DNA of 40,464 nucleotides, taken from a virus. Lineage: Duplodnaviria > Caudoviricetes. Each line of letters starts with the position of its first letter. The first letter of the stretch is position 1. A model generated the notes under the pieces. That model saw only the letters and a program-made list of their open reading frames with translations. It did no database searches and was not told where the DNA came from. The stretch spans positions 1 through 40,464 of the IMG/VR virus record IMGVR_UViG_3300049042_000216; one strand, 5' to 3'. Shown in pieces: positions 16,251-25,281 of the stretch. The position numbers and the translations under genes are program-made.

Positions 16251-16663
16251 TACTCAGGATTGTTTGGGACGGTGTTCCACAAGTCAGGTGTCGGGGTCTG
16301 GATACCGTCTCCGGTCACCGTATCAAAAGCTCGACTTGCCATGTAATAAGAAGGACCAACCGTCGCGCTGGGTAGCGCTTGAATTAGCGTGAATGGACCA
16401 GTGTAGGTGTAGAAGTTAGGAGTGTTTGTGATTGGGTTGGCAATGATGTAACCAGGGGTGTTCTCAACCACCTGAATCTTCAGCGTAGTCGTCGCAGGTA
16501 TTGTTCGACCAGGAGCTTGTGCAGTGAATAACGTTGATGACGGGTTGATGATGTACGCATCATCCGCATTCGGATCTGTCTGCGTGTTGGCAGGCACAGT
16601 GAAAATACACTGAACCGTTCCTGTTGGAACTGATGCTCCAGTAGTGAACCAAGAGTCGTGCAT
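16250..16663 (-). CDS. hypothetical T/P-rich beta-strand protein
   Basis: TAATG overlaps at both ends. Confidence 0.6.
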   Translation of the reverse strand: MHDSWFTTGASVPTGTVQCIFTVPANTQTDPNADDAYIINPSSTLFTAQAPGRTIPATTTLKIQVVENTPGYIIANPITNTPNFYTYTGPFTLIQALPSATVGPSYYMASRAFDTVTGDGIQTPTPDLWNTVPNNPE

Positions 16664-17388
16664 TAGGCGTCAAAGTTGGCGATCTGCTTCGCGTATACGT
16701 TGGTGCCGATGCTAGTGAATACAAACAAGTCGGCTTTGTTGGCTCCGGTCGTCATCGTCGGTGTAATACCGCCCTGCCAGCGGACAGTCTTTCCTGTCGC
16801 AGTGAACGACGCTGTCAGCGCACCGCCTGCATTCTGCTTCACCTTCACCAGCACGGTCTTGCCGTCGTCATTGGCGCCAAAGAGGATGTCAGCGGTGACA
16901 TTGGCTGTCGGTGTCAGGTTCCAAGTCAGACTGGTTCCGACATTGACGGTGGGTGCGGGCAAGCTACTGGCCTGCGGGGCCGTGGAGAGCTTGGCCGAGG
17001 TGATGGAGTTGTCCTTCACCCGGATGTCGGTGCCGCTGGTCTCAATCGTGGTGCCGTCCGGGTTCAAGGACAGCATCGTCTTCACGTTGGCCACCGTCAG
17101 ATCAAGTGGCACTGCAGCCGACCCGGTGTTGTTGCCCTTGATCGTGTTGGCCGGCATATTCGCCAGCTTGATGTTTGTGACATTACCGTCGGCGATCTTG
17201 GCGGTGGTAACTGCTAGATTCTGAATGGCATCAGAATTCACTGAGTTGGTGCCAAGAGTCAGCGTGCCGCCGTCGATGGTGCCGGTGATGTTGACCGTGG
17301 GCGTGCCAAGGAGGTTGAGCGTCGAGGCCGACAGCGTGGTCGTCGGGCTGATCGTGGTGCCTGGGGTGACGTTTACGAAGAGTGGCAT
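16663..17388 (-). CDS. short tail fibre / tail appendage protein
   Basis: [18 protein letters not shown] repeats; C-terminal [16 protein letters not shown] domain. Confidence 0.7.
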   Translation of the reverse strand: MPLFVNVTPGTTISPTTTLSASTLNLLGTPTVNITGTIDGGTLTLGTNSVNSDAIQNLAVTTAKIADGNVTNIKLANMPANTIKGNNTGSAAVPLDLTVANVKTMLSLNPDGTTIETSGTDIRVKDNSITSAKLSTAPQASSLPAPTVNVGTSLTWNLTPTANVTADILFGANDDGKTVLVKVKQNAGGALTASFTATGKTVRWQGGITPTMTTGANKADLFVFTSIGTNVYAKQIANFDA

Positions 17389-17394
17389 GGTGTT

Positions 17395-20217
17395 TTAGAC
17401 GTCGTTCTTGCCGTAGAGGCGGAATGCTATTCCGATGACCTTGGCGCTATAGATGTCGAGGGAGCCCTGGTCGGTGGTGATCAGGGGCTGCACTGAGGCC
17501 GAGTGCTTGCGCAGGCGGGCCTTGTGGCTGAAGAACTGGTGCAGGCCGGCCTTCCACCCGTTGTTGCCGCAGCGGAACTGGGTGGTCACCGAGTAGTCCT
17601 CGCGGTACGGGGCCAGGAAGTTGTCGGCGGTGTTGTTGGTGTTGTAGGTGCCGCTGCCGTAGGTGTAGTAGACCGTGCGGTCCTTGGTCTGGTTGGTGGC
17701 CACCACGTAGGACTCGTTCACACCGTCGAACTGCGCGGTGATGGAGTACCGGGTGTTCCAGTTGCCCAACTCAAACTGGATGTCGGTCCATTGCTTGTGG
17801 TCGACGTTGTCCTCCCCGGTGTAGCCGCGGAAGCGAACCTCGGTGCTGATCTGGGTCAGCACTCCGGTGCGGTCGACGTCAACGAGGCCAAGCGGGTCGA
17901 ACTGATGGATCAGACCGCTCTGGTCGGCCCAGCACAGCGTGTCGGTGCCTGCCACGATCACGCGGCACCAGTACTTCGGAACGAGCAGCGAGCCTTCCCA
18001 GTAGCCTTCCCAAGCCTTGTTCAGGAAGTTGTAGCAGAGCGTGCGTTGGTTGGTGCCGTCACCGCCCTCGACCGGCACGCTCAGGATGTAGCGGTTGGCG
18101 AAGTAGGCGGCGCAGGCGTTGCCCCAGTAGGCCTGGTCGATGTCGTCGACGATGTTCTGGATCTGGTCGGACAACGGCACCACCACCGACTGGCTGATGC
18201 CGAACTCGGTCTGGCGCAGGCTGATGATGCCGCGCTGGGATAAAAAGATGACGTCGGAGCCAGTGCCCGCAATGGATGACTGCGAGACGCAGCCGAACTC
18301 CCGGGTGATCTCGGTCAGGCGGGTGGTCGACAGGTCGCCGTAGAGGTTCTCCACAGCCAGCACCGAGCGCTCCTTGAAGACCAGCAGCGTGGTAGCGTTG
18401 AACGGGTATAGGGCCACCACCCGGTCATTGCTTCCGGTGTTGAGCTTAAACTCATTCAGGATCGGGCTGTAGTGCAGCGGGTCCAGCACGTCGGACACGG
18501 CCAGGTAGTCGTTGCCGTAGAGCAGCAGTAGGCGGTTCTGGAAGTACAGGCCCTCGCGGCCCGGGGGCACCGAGGAACCGGATGCACTCGAGCGCTTGAT
18601 GCTGCCGGTGACGTTGGACGTGGTGACATCCACCAAGGTCGAAGGCATGGCCACCGAGGCAGCGGGTGTCGTTGAGTAGACGCCCGCATTGACGATGGTG
18701 ACCTCACTGACTTTACCGTCGGTCAGTGTGGCGGTAAGGCTGGCGGCCACACTGGATGTGCCAGTGACCGTGATCACCGGGGCCGAGAGGTAACCGGATC
18801 CTTGGTTGAGGATCGTGACCGAGTTGATCGTGATGTTGGGCGACGTTCCGGCGGTCGTGAGCTGGATAACTGCCCGACTGGCGTCGTTCAGCGAGTCGGT
18901 CTCCTCGGTCGTCCCTGAGAACAGGCGCAGCGTGTTGTTATCGACCGGGTAGGCGTAGTAGATCTTGTTGGTGACGTTGGCTCCACCGTTTTGAATGTTG
19001 GTCAGCGTGACCTGATCGCCCGGGATGAAGTTATGGTTGAAGACCGAGATCGTGTCCGCGGTGGGCTCCGAGCTGTTGATGGACAGCGTGGACGGGATGC
19101 GGTCGAAGCCGGCGTCGAGCGCAGACGGGTTGGCAGCCGTGCTCTGCATCAGGATCGGCATCCCGTCGTTCAGGTTGTTGACGATGTCCTGAGCTAGATC
19201 ATAGCCGGTCGTGTTGCTGGCCAGCTCGATGTAGTAGCGGGCACTGTTCTCCGGAGACAGGTTGAGCCGGTTGGTGCCGGCCTGCGCGTCCAGCAGGGTC
19301 AGGTGCAACGAGATCTCGGTGTTGACCACGTTGACGTAAAGCTGGAAGGCCTGCCCGGCGCCCGGACTACCTGTCCACAGCGGCTGCGCTGTCCCGATCT
19401 GACCGAGGTTGACGATGTCGCCCGTGGCAAGGTCGGGCAGCACGTTGAGATTGATCTGGGTCGAGTCCTCGTCGGACAGGATGGAGCCGTCCTCGCATAG
19501 GATATCAAAGCCATCCTCAAGCAGGATCGAATCGTAGATGCCGGAGGTCGAGTCGAAGTAGTAGCGGGCGTTGCCCGGGCGCAGCATGACCACGCCATTG
19601 GTGGCCTGAATGAGCCGCACCGGCAGGTAGATGTCGTGCCCGTTCATGGGTACCTCGACGGGCGACTGGTTGGGCCGGATGCACCAGACCTTGCCCTGGC
19701 CGCCGTCGGATGAGCGCTCCTCGTTGACCGCCACCAGGAGTGCGTTGGCACCGGTGTCGGGGTCGCGGTACTGCAGGACGCCCAGGATGTCCTCAAATGG
19801 AGCGGTCGATGCGTAGAACTGCACCGTCTTGTTGGCCGGTGACGGGCTGAAGCTGAATGATGCAGTGCTGAAGGCAGCGTTGGCGTTGTCGTCCAGCGTA
19901 CAGAGTGTGCCGTTGGAGAAGATCTGGGTGTTGGCGTCGACGTCGCAAACCACCTGCGAGTTGGCCGGGATCTGAGTGCCGGAGACGGGCACACCCACCG
20001 AGGAGCCGGCGGTCAGCGTGACGATGCGCGATCCGACTGACCAGCGACCGCCCCACTTGGGCTGCACGATGCCCCAGCGGTTCTTGATGACCTGATCCTC
20101 GAAGCGGCGATTGACGGCGTTGGATACGTAGGAGGCCGGGATCAGCGCCGGGTCGATGCGCGATACCACTCCAACGAATCCATCGTCAATTCCACCGATT
20201 TGAGGCAGGTCAGGCAT
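17395..20217 (-). CDS. tail nozzle / tail tubular protein B-like
   Basis: 940 aa, beta-propeller-like (FQNRLL, LLVFKERSV, FGCVSQSSI, VIFLSQRGI, RYILSVP, YNFLNKAW); follows adaptor. Confidence 0.8.
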   Translation of the reverse strand: MPDLPQIGGIDDGFVGVVSRIDPALIPASYVSNAVNRRFEDQVIKNRWGIVQPKWGGRWSVGSRIVTLTAGSSVGVPVSGTQIPANSQVVCDVDANTQIFSNGTLCTLDDNANAAFSTASFSFSPSPANKTVQFYASTAPFEDILGVLQYRDPDTGANALLVAVNEERSSDGGQGKVWCIRPNQSPVEVPMNGHDIYLPVRLIQATNGVVMLRPGNARYYFDSTSGIYDSILLEDGFDILCEDGSILSDEDSTQINLNVLPDLATGDIVNLGQIGTAQPLWTGSPGAGQAFQLYVNVVNTEISLHLTLLDAQAGTNRLNLSPENSARYYIELASNTTGYDLAQDIVNNLNDGMPILMQSTAANPSALDAGFDRIPSTLSINSSEPTADTISVFNHNFIPGDQVTLTNIQNGGANVTNKIYYAYPVDNNTLRLFSGTTEETDSLNDASRAVIQLTTAGTSPNITINSVTILNQGSGYLSAPVITVTGTSSVAASLTATLTDGKVSEVTIVNAGVYSTTPAASVAMPSTLVDVTTSNVTGSIKRSSASGSSVPPGREGLYFQNRLLLLYGNDYLAVSDVLDPLHYSPILNEFKLNTGSNDRVVALYPFNATTLLVFKERSVLAVENLYGDLSTTRLTEITREFGCVSQSSIAGTGSDVIFLSQRGIISLRQTEFGISQSVVVPLSDQIQNIVDDIDQAYWGNACAAYFANRYILSVPVEGGDGTNQRTLCYNFLNKAWEGYWEGSLLVPKYWCRVIVAGTDTLCWADQSGLIHQFDPLGLVDVDRTGVLTQISTEVRFRGYTGEDNVDHKQWTDIQFELGNWNTRYSITAQFDGVNESYVVATNQTKDRTVYYTYGSGTYNTNNTADNFLAPYREDYSVTTQFRCGNNGWKAGLHQFFSHKARLRKHSASVQPLITTDQGSLDIYSAKVIGIAFRLYGKNDV

Positions 20218-20218
20218 A

Positions 20219-21148
20219 TCACCGGGAGGGCACGATTATCTGGCGCACATATTTCTCCTGGAGCGCCACCTTGTCGATCTCCTTGGTGAGTTCAACCTCG
20301 CCTAACTCCAAGAACTGGTTGCCCAGGTCGATCTTGCCGTCGACACGCAGCATCTGGCCCGCGGCCTTGAGTGCGCAGATCTCACAGAAGCGGTACGGGA
20401 AAGCGTAGGCGGTGGCCTCGGCGGAACTGGACAGGAGCGGCGGTGTCTTGCGGAACTCGAGCCAGACGTAGGGCAGCTCGGCTGTGACAAGGATGCCGTT
20501 GTCGGTGAAGGTGTAGGGGGCTTCCTGCTGGCGCCAGGACACGCGGGGGTCGCCCGGCCACACCGAGAAGGTCTCGCCGATGGGGATGGCCCGGGTGGTG
20601 CCGTTGGGGTTGTTGGTCTGCGATATGTTGCGCAGGAACTTGTTCAGGATGCCCCAGTAGGCGGTGTTGGTGGGCGCGGTGCCAACCGGGGGCACTGCGG
20701 TTGCCTGGTAGTGCTCCTGCGTCACCGGGTACAACACGATCTGGCCTAGCGTATAGGCCGTGGTGCTGTCCCAGTCGCCGTCATTGTTGCCGTAGCTAGG
20801 TAGCGCCTCGGACCAATAGATTGAATTGATTGCTCCACCTGGGCCACCGCTGGTCGGTGTCTGGCCAACACCAGGGTTTACGTTGACCCACTGGTAGTAC
20901 TTCTCCTCGACCGGGTAGTACACCACGTCACCGGCGTTGTAGGTCGCGGTGTAGGTGTAGGTCTGTGCGAAGAACTCTTGCTGGTAGACCGTCTGCTCGG
21001 GCCAGTCAAAGCACTCCCAGGCGCTCCGCAGGCTCATTGAGATGAACGTGCGGAAAAAATTGGACTCCTCGGTGGTCAGCGTTGAGAAAACGCGCCCAGT
21101 GAGCTCACAGGCGCGTTGCAGAACGTAGTCGTAGGTGACGGTTCTCAT
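20219..21148 (-). CDS. head-tail adaptor (tail tubular protein A-like) with two CBM5/12-like inserts
   Basis: Helical N- and C-termini; TYNAGDVVYY and WDSTTAYTLGQIVLY repeats; ATG 21148 overlaps upstream TGA. Confidence 0.7.
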   Translation of the reverse strand: MRTVTYDYVLQRACELTGRVFSTLTTEESNFFRTFISMSLRSAWECFDWPEQTVYQQEFFAQTYTYTATYNAGDVVYYPVEEKYYQWVNVNPGVGQTPTSGGPGGAINSIYWSEALPSYGNNDGDWDSTTAYTLGQIVLYPVTQEHYQATAVPPVGTAPTNTAYWGILNKFLRNISQTNNPNGTTRAIPIGETFSVWPGDPRVSWRQQEAPYTFTDNGILVTAELPYVWLEFRKTPPLLSSSAEATAYAFPYRFCEICALKAAGQMLRVDGKIDLGNQFLELGEVELTKEIDKVALQEKYVRQIIVPSR

Positions 21149-21339
21149 TGCTTTGGAAGTACATACCAACCCGCAGGAAGAACCACGGTCGACGGCCCTA
21201 CCAGCTTCTTGTTTGAATCGAATCCGTACACGCTGGCCTTGGTGGGCTTGGCGAGCATCACCGGATCACCGGAAGGGACCAGGACCACCTTGGTCATCTG
21301 GCAACCCAGGCAGATCGGCAATGCGAGCAGCCATATCAT
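21145..21339 (-). CDS. lipoprotein, o-spanin candidate
   Basis: MIWLLALPICLGC lipobox-like signal; start lies within upstream ORF (alternative starts 21360, 21375). Confidence 0.55.
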   Translation of the reverse strand: MIWLLALPICLGCQMTKVVLVPSGDPVMLAKPTKASVYGFDSNKKLVGPSTVVLPAGWYVLPKQ

Positions 21340-21439
21340 CCTTGAGAGGTTTGGGTGCATTGCCGTGTTGGACATCGGTGGGTGGTGTTTCTCGGAACCA
21401 GTCGAGCAGGGCCCGCAGGATCTGATAGATCCAGTTCAC
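21266..21439 (-). CDS. small protein, i-spanin-position (57 aa, absent from ORF track)
   Basis: GTG overlapping holin stop; MNWIYQILRALLDWFRE amphipathic N-terminus; overlaps lipoprotein gene. Confidence 0.55.
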   Translation of the reverse strand: MNWIYQILRALLDWFRETPPTDVQHGNAPKPLKDDMAARIADLPGLPDDQGGPGPFR

Positions 21440-21633
21440 TCGGGCTTCTTGATCTCCAGCTTCTCGCTGGCGTCCTTGGCCATGACCAAGCCGATGCCGG
21501 CGGAGATGGCGGCGATAGTGGAGGTGACGTCAACCGAGGTGGTCGGGTCACCGTCGAATATGGCTTTCAGCGTGCCGCCAACAGCGACGAGGATGGCTCC
21601 GATACCGGCCAATGTGGTCTTGGTGTTTCTCAT
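21436..21633 (-). CDS. holin-like membrane protein
   Basis: Two hydrophobic helices, KTTLAG...LVMAKD, charged tail. Confidence 0.7.
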   Translation of the reverse strand: MRNTKTTLAGIGAILVAVGGTLKAIFDGDPTTSVDVTSTIAAISAGIGLVMAKDASEKLEIKKPE

Positions 21634-21803
21634 TTTTTCCAGGCTTTGTAGAGCGCAATGCAGGCCGCAATGAGGCCGACCACGGCGGAGATGAAGCGGA
21701 TGCCGTCGGTAAGCTGGGGAAGCAGCGAGGCTGCTGTGGCTGCTGCCGCGGTGCCCAATGAGATCGCTAGGCCGTTCGTTCCGCCGTGGTTGGTTGCGTC
21801 CAT
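21630..21803 (-). CDS. small membrane protein (holin/antiholin-like)
   Basis: Two hydrophobic segments, basic C-terminus YKAWKK. Confidence 0.6.
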   Translation of the reverse strand: MDATNHGGTNGLAISLGTAAAATAASLLPQLTDGIRFISAVVGLIAACIALYKAWKK

Positions 21804-21804
21804 G

Positions 21805-21960
21805 TTACTCTGAGGCTTTGGGGTTTTCGGCTTGTGCAATCAACACTTCAACAATCGGAACGGCAACCTTTGCGTTCTGGAAGCCGCCGGCTTTGATGGC
21901 GATGTCGATGAGTTGCAGCACGGTGTTGAACTGCTCCTGAGTTAATTCGATCTTGATCAT
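21805..21960 (-). CDS. hypothetical protein (51 aa, absent from ORF track)
   Basis: MIKIELTQEQFNTVLQLIDIAIKAGG; ATGA overlap; fills the gap exactly. Confidence 0.7.
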   Translation of the reverse strand: MIKIELTQEQFNTVLQLIDIAIKAGGFQNAKVAVPIVEVLIAQAENPKASE

Positions 21961-22349
21961 ACGGTCGGATCATCGACAACGGTCGCAGGCTCGGCAACAA
22001 CAACCGGCACCGGCGGCACCCACGGCAGCGGCAGCACCAAAACCGGCGGGTTGATCTGGTTCTGGATTTGGAGCGAGACGTTCGCTTCGATGGCAGCTTG
22101 ATCGACTCCGTTGGCGTAGCACCAGCTCAAGACCTGATCCTGCGTGAGGTCTTCGTAAGGAGTGAACGAGCCACTCGGCGGAGCAAATGAGCAGCTACCG
22201 TAGCAGGTGCCGCTGTAGCTCTTCTCGGTGTCGACAGAGCCGGTGGTTTCGGTGCCGTTGCAACGCCAATCGGCGGTGATTACGACATCGGTGAGAGAGC
22301 CTTCGGTGGGTTTGACGAGAAGGCGTTCGATGAGCCAGAGGATGGTCAT
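21957..22349 (-). CDS. fibre-associated protein (assembly chaperone-like)
   Basis: FTPYEDLTQDQVLSW...LPLPW motifs, typical of genes following fibres. Confidence 0.65.
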   Translation of the reverse strand: MTILWLIERLLVKPTEGSLTDVVITADWRCNGTETTGSVDTEKSYSGTCYGSCSFAPPSGSFTPYEDLTQDQVLSWCYANGVDQAAIEANVSLQIQNQINPPVLVLPLPWVPPVPVVVAEPATVVDDPTV

Positions 22350-22360
22350 GGTGGTATGAA

Positions 22361-23275
22361 TTAGGCGTTGGCGATGGTAGTGACAGTGCCAGAACTTCCA
22401 CGGTACTTCAGCGCACCGGATTCGACGTAAAGCTGACCCATTCCAGCGGGAGAAGTGCTTGGAGCGGTAGCGTTGGCAAGACCGAGAACCTTAGCGGCAG
22501 ATGTTCCAAACGCGCTAACTCCGATGCCGACGTTGCCGGAGGTGTCCAGATTGAGATAGTTATTCGTTCCAGTACGAAGGAACAGCGATTGAGCATCAGC
22601 AACGATGTCCAATCTAGCACTGTTCGTGTAAATTAGGTTCTGATTGGCTCCAATTCCAAGATAGCTGTAAGCAGAACCAGTTTGATAAATACCAATAGAT
22701 CGAGTTGTATCTGTAACGCGAATGCCATCTGACGTTGTTGTTCCCGGAGCAACCGTAACCGTCATCTTGTTAACAACACTTCCCCCCACCCCAAGTCCGG
22801 TGGAGTTCAAAAGCATCCGAGTGCCGCCTGAGCCGTCGCCGAAGGTGAAAACACCAGCTTGAGTGGCAACCACTAAATCCTGCACCGATGCGTTCAGTAC
22901 ACGAAAGTTTCCAGTGTCTGTCCCAATGTAGTTGGAACTGCTGGAGTCTTGAATACGAAGAAAAGTTGCAGCGCTTCCTTTCGAAATATGCAAAGTCTCG
23001 CTAGGACTCGCCGTCCCAATACCCACCCGATTGTTCGTCGAATCCACCTTCAGCGTCGAGGTATCCACCGTCAGATCGCCGGTGATGGTGGCGGAGGCGA
23101 GGGTGGCGGTGCCGCCTGCGCCGAGGATTTGGTTCACGGTCACCTTCTTCGTGGTGCCGCTCGCCGCCATGCTGTTGTCCAGCAGGTCGACCATTGGGAT
23201 AGGGAAGGTTGCGACATTGATCGGGTTTGCACCGATGGCCGCTAGGGCTGTGATTTTCGTGTCTTGTGCTGGCAT
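22361..23275 (-). CDS. fibre-like virion protein
   Basis: KITAL..TKKVTV N-terminus; NRVGIGTASP, SGNVGIG repeats; LYVESGALKYRGSSGT end. Confidence 0.75.
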   Translation of the reverse strand: MPAQDTKITALAAIGANPINVATFPIPMVDLLDNSMAASGTTKKVTVNQILGAGGTATLASATITGDLTVDTSTLKVDSTNNRVGIGTASPSETLHISKGSAATFLRIQDSSSSNYIGTDTGNFRVLNASVQDLVVATQAGVFTFGDGSGGTRMLLNSTGLGVGGSVVNKMTVTVAPGTTTSDGIRVTDTTRSIGIYQTGSAYSYLGIGANQNLIYTNSARLDIVADAQSLFLRTGTNNYLNLDTSGNVGIGVSAFGTSAAKVLGLANATAPSTSPAGMGQLYVESGALKYRGSSGTVTTIANA

Positions 23276-23278
23276 AAA

Positions 23279-23515
23279 TTACTCGTTTTCGATGATTAGT
23301 TTGCCGTTGTCCTCCTGGAGGAGGAACTTGTCGTCCTCCAGCAGCAGGAAATAGCTGACGCCTGTAGTGATGACTAACTTGTACCCGTCCTCCAAGAGGA
23401 GGAAGTACCCGTCCTCAAGCAATACGTCGCGCCGGATCGCAGGCAGGTCGGCGCCGCCGCCAGCCCCACCCAGGGCTTGCTGCACGCCGAGTCCTAGACC
23501 TAGTCCGAGACGCAT
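23279..23515 (-). CDS. small virion protein with LLxED repeats
   Basis: MRLGLGLGL start; four LL[LQ]ED-type units. Confidence 0.7.
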   Translation of the reverse strand: MRLGLGLGLGVQQALGGAGGGADLPAIRRDVLLEDGYFLLLEDGYKLVITTGVSYFLLLEDDKFLLQEDNGKLIIENE

Positions 23516-23516
23516 T

Positions 23517-23771
23517 TTAGACCCACTTGCGGTTGTAGGCGATGATCGCCCCGGAGGACACAGCCACCGAGGTGAAGACGCCCGAGATCGAGTCGCCGGC
23601 CTGAATGGTCACGCCGGAGGGAAAGTTGGTGATGTTGGACGAGACGGCGCCGAGGATGGACGTGGCGACGGCATGGATCTCCATGTAGTTGCCGGTCACG
23701 GTGCCCGCGGAGGCGTCGATGTACCGGCCACCGTATTCGCCGGCCAGTTGGCGGTTTGATCCGACATTCAT
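23517..23771 (-). CDS. small virion (decoration-like) protein
   Basis: ATG 23771; ends GVFTSVAVSSGAIIAYN. Confidence 0.7.
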   Translation of the reverse strand: MNVGSNRQLAGEYGGRYIDASAGTVTGNYMEIHAVATSILGAVSSNITNFPSGVTIQAGDSISGVFTSVAVSSGAIIAYNRKWV

Positions 23772-23779
23772 AGGGAGAA

Positions 23780-24163
23780 CTATAGGGAGAACTTCTGACT
23801 GCTTCGTTTTGTGCCACCGCTCCATCCAACCTGCAAGCGTGTAGCCCCGCAGCGCACTCGCACCTCGGGGTTATCGCGCTCTACTTCTTTGAGAAACTGG
23901 GAATCCTTCCAGCAATCGTACCCGAGTTTATGCCCCCAGGCATGGTAAAGAGTAGGGTCGATACGCATCCGCAGGCGTCCGATACCGTCAACGGAACGAA
24001 TATCGCGCTCCGAGTCCTTGGCGATGCGCTTCTGGTCAATGCCGGCCTTGACCCAGTCCTTCTGGATGCCGGATTGGAACTCCTTGATGACGGCGCGGCG
24101 CAATTCGCCGGGCAGGTCGTCGAGAGCGTTGGCGATGACGGAGGATGCGGAATTGTGAGCCAT
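23780..24163 (-). CDS. hypothetical protein downstream of capsid
   Basis: CWKDSQFLKEVERDNPE; position. Confidence 0.7.
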   Translation of the reverse strand: MAHNSASSVIANALDDLPGELRRAVIKEFQSGIQKDWVKAGIDQKRIAKDSERDIRSVDGIGRLRMRIDPTLYHAWGHKLGYDCWKDSQFLKEVERDNPEVRVRCGATRLQVGWSGGTKRSSQKFSL

Positions 24164-24165
24164 GA

Positions 24166-24203
24166 GAAAGGAAAGAGGGGGAGGCCCGGAATGGACCTCC
24201 CCC
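24166..24203 (-). terminator. intrinsic terminator after major capsid gene
   Basis: GGGGGAGGTCC-ATTCC-GGGCCTCCCCC followed by TCTTTCCTTT. Confidence 0.7.
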
Positions 24204-24216
24204 GTTGAAACTAAGA

Positions 24217-25278
24217 CTAGCTGGCGCCGTTGAACATACCAAAGCCGCTCGGGTTTTTGACCACCAAGCCGGCAATGGCCTCAACGAGGCGGGCAGGGCC
24301 GCCGCCGGCGTCGGGCAGGTCCTTGACCTGGGGCAGTTTGGCGTAGCGCACCTCGACCATGTCCATGGGAATGACGTAGCCCTTGTAGGCCAGGGCGGTC
24401 AGCGCGGTGCTGGTCTTTCCGCCGACAAAGGTCGAAGGGTGCAGGATCAAGCGACCGAAGTCGCCCTCGAAGATGTCGATGGAGGCCTTGAACGTGTCGG
24501 CAGACAGGTCCTGGTTGAAGGTGCGGACGCTGGTAGCAGCGATAGCATTCGTATTGACCACCTGAGTAGTGCCGGAGGCGGTCAGGTTGGTGAACGCACG
24601 CTTGAGCGTGGTGCCCAGGATACAATCGTAGTCGCGGAAGGTGCCGGTGGCGCTGTAGATAGCGGTCAGCACGTTCTGGGCGGTGGCCTCAGTGAAGGAT
24701 GCGCTGGCGGTGGTATCGACCGCGCCGGAGGCAGGGAGGAACGGAGAACCGGAAGCGCACGCGCCGATGTTGGAGGCGTTGGTGCTGTTCAACCAGTTAC
24801 CCATTGAGCCGGTCAGGTAGGCGTTGGTCGAACCGTTGTCGGCCTGAGCAGCTTGGTTGGTGCACATGAAGGTCGACTCCATGTCGCGCTTGATCTCAAC
24901 GAGCTTCTTGGCGATGCCGTTGGCCAACTCATCGGTCACACCGGCGACGTCCTGAGTCTCGGCGATGAAACCGATGCGCAGATCCCGGCGGAAGGCCTGG
25001 CCGTAGTTGTTCAGACGGGTCCGGTTGACCACCGGGTTCGAGGCACTGGACACGGTCACGTCGGTGCCGTCGACCACGCCGGCAAGCACGGGGGCACCGT
25101 AATTGTCGACCTGCCACGAGAACTGCATATTGCCGATGTCACGGCCCTTCGGGGCCATGGACACGAACGGGGTCGACTTGGCGTCGACGATGGCGATGTA
25201 GTCCGCCAGATCTTCACGGGCGGACGAGGTTGAAGCGAGCGGCACAGAGCCGCCCTGGTTGGGCTGGAGTAGGGGCAT
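24217..25278 (-). CDS. major capsid protein (DUF5309/SU10-like)
   Basis: REDLADYI..TPF, NYGQAFRR, KKLVEIKRDME, DFGRL; strong codon bias; follows scaffold. Confidence 0.9.
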   Translation of the reverse strand: MPLLQPNQGGSVPLASTSSAREDLADYIAIVDAKSTPFVSMAPKGRDIGNMQFSWQVDNYGAPVLAGVVDGTDVTVSSASNPVVNRTRLNNYGQAFRRDLRIGFIAETQDVAGVTDELANGIAKKLVEIKRDMESTFMCTNQAAQADNGSTNAYLTGSMGNWLNSTNASNIGACASGSPFLPASGAVDTTASASFTEATAQNVLTAIYSATGTFRDYDCILGTTLKRAFTNLTASGTTQVVNTNAIAATSVRTFNQDLSADTFKASIDIFEGDFGRLILHPSTFVGGKTSTALTALAYKGYVIPMDMVEVRYAKLPQVKDLPDAGGGPARLVEAIAGLVVKNPSGFGMFNGAS

Positions 25279-25281
25279 GAC

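Noticed and set aside
15315-16346. 343-aa plus-strand ORF
   Set aside because: Antisense to two coupled minus-strand genes; composition not protein-like
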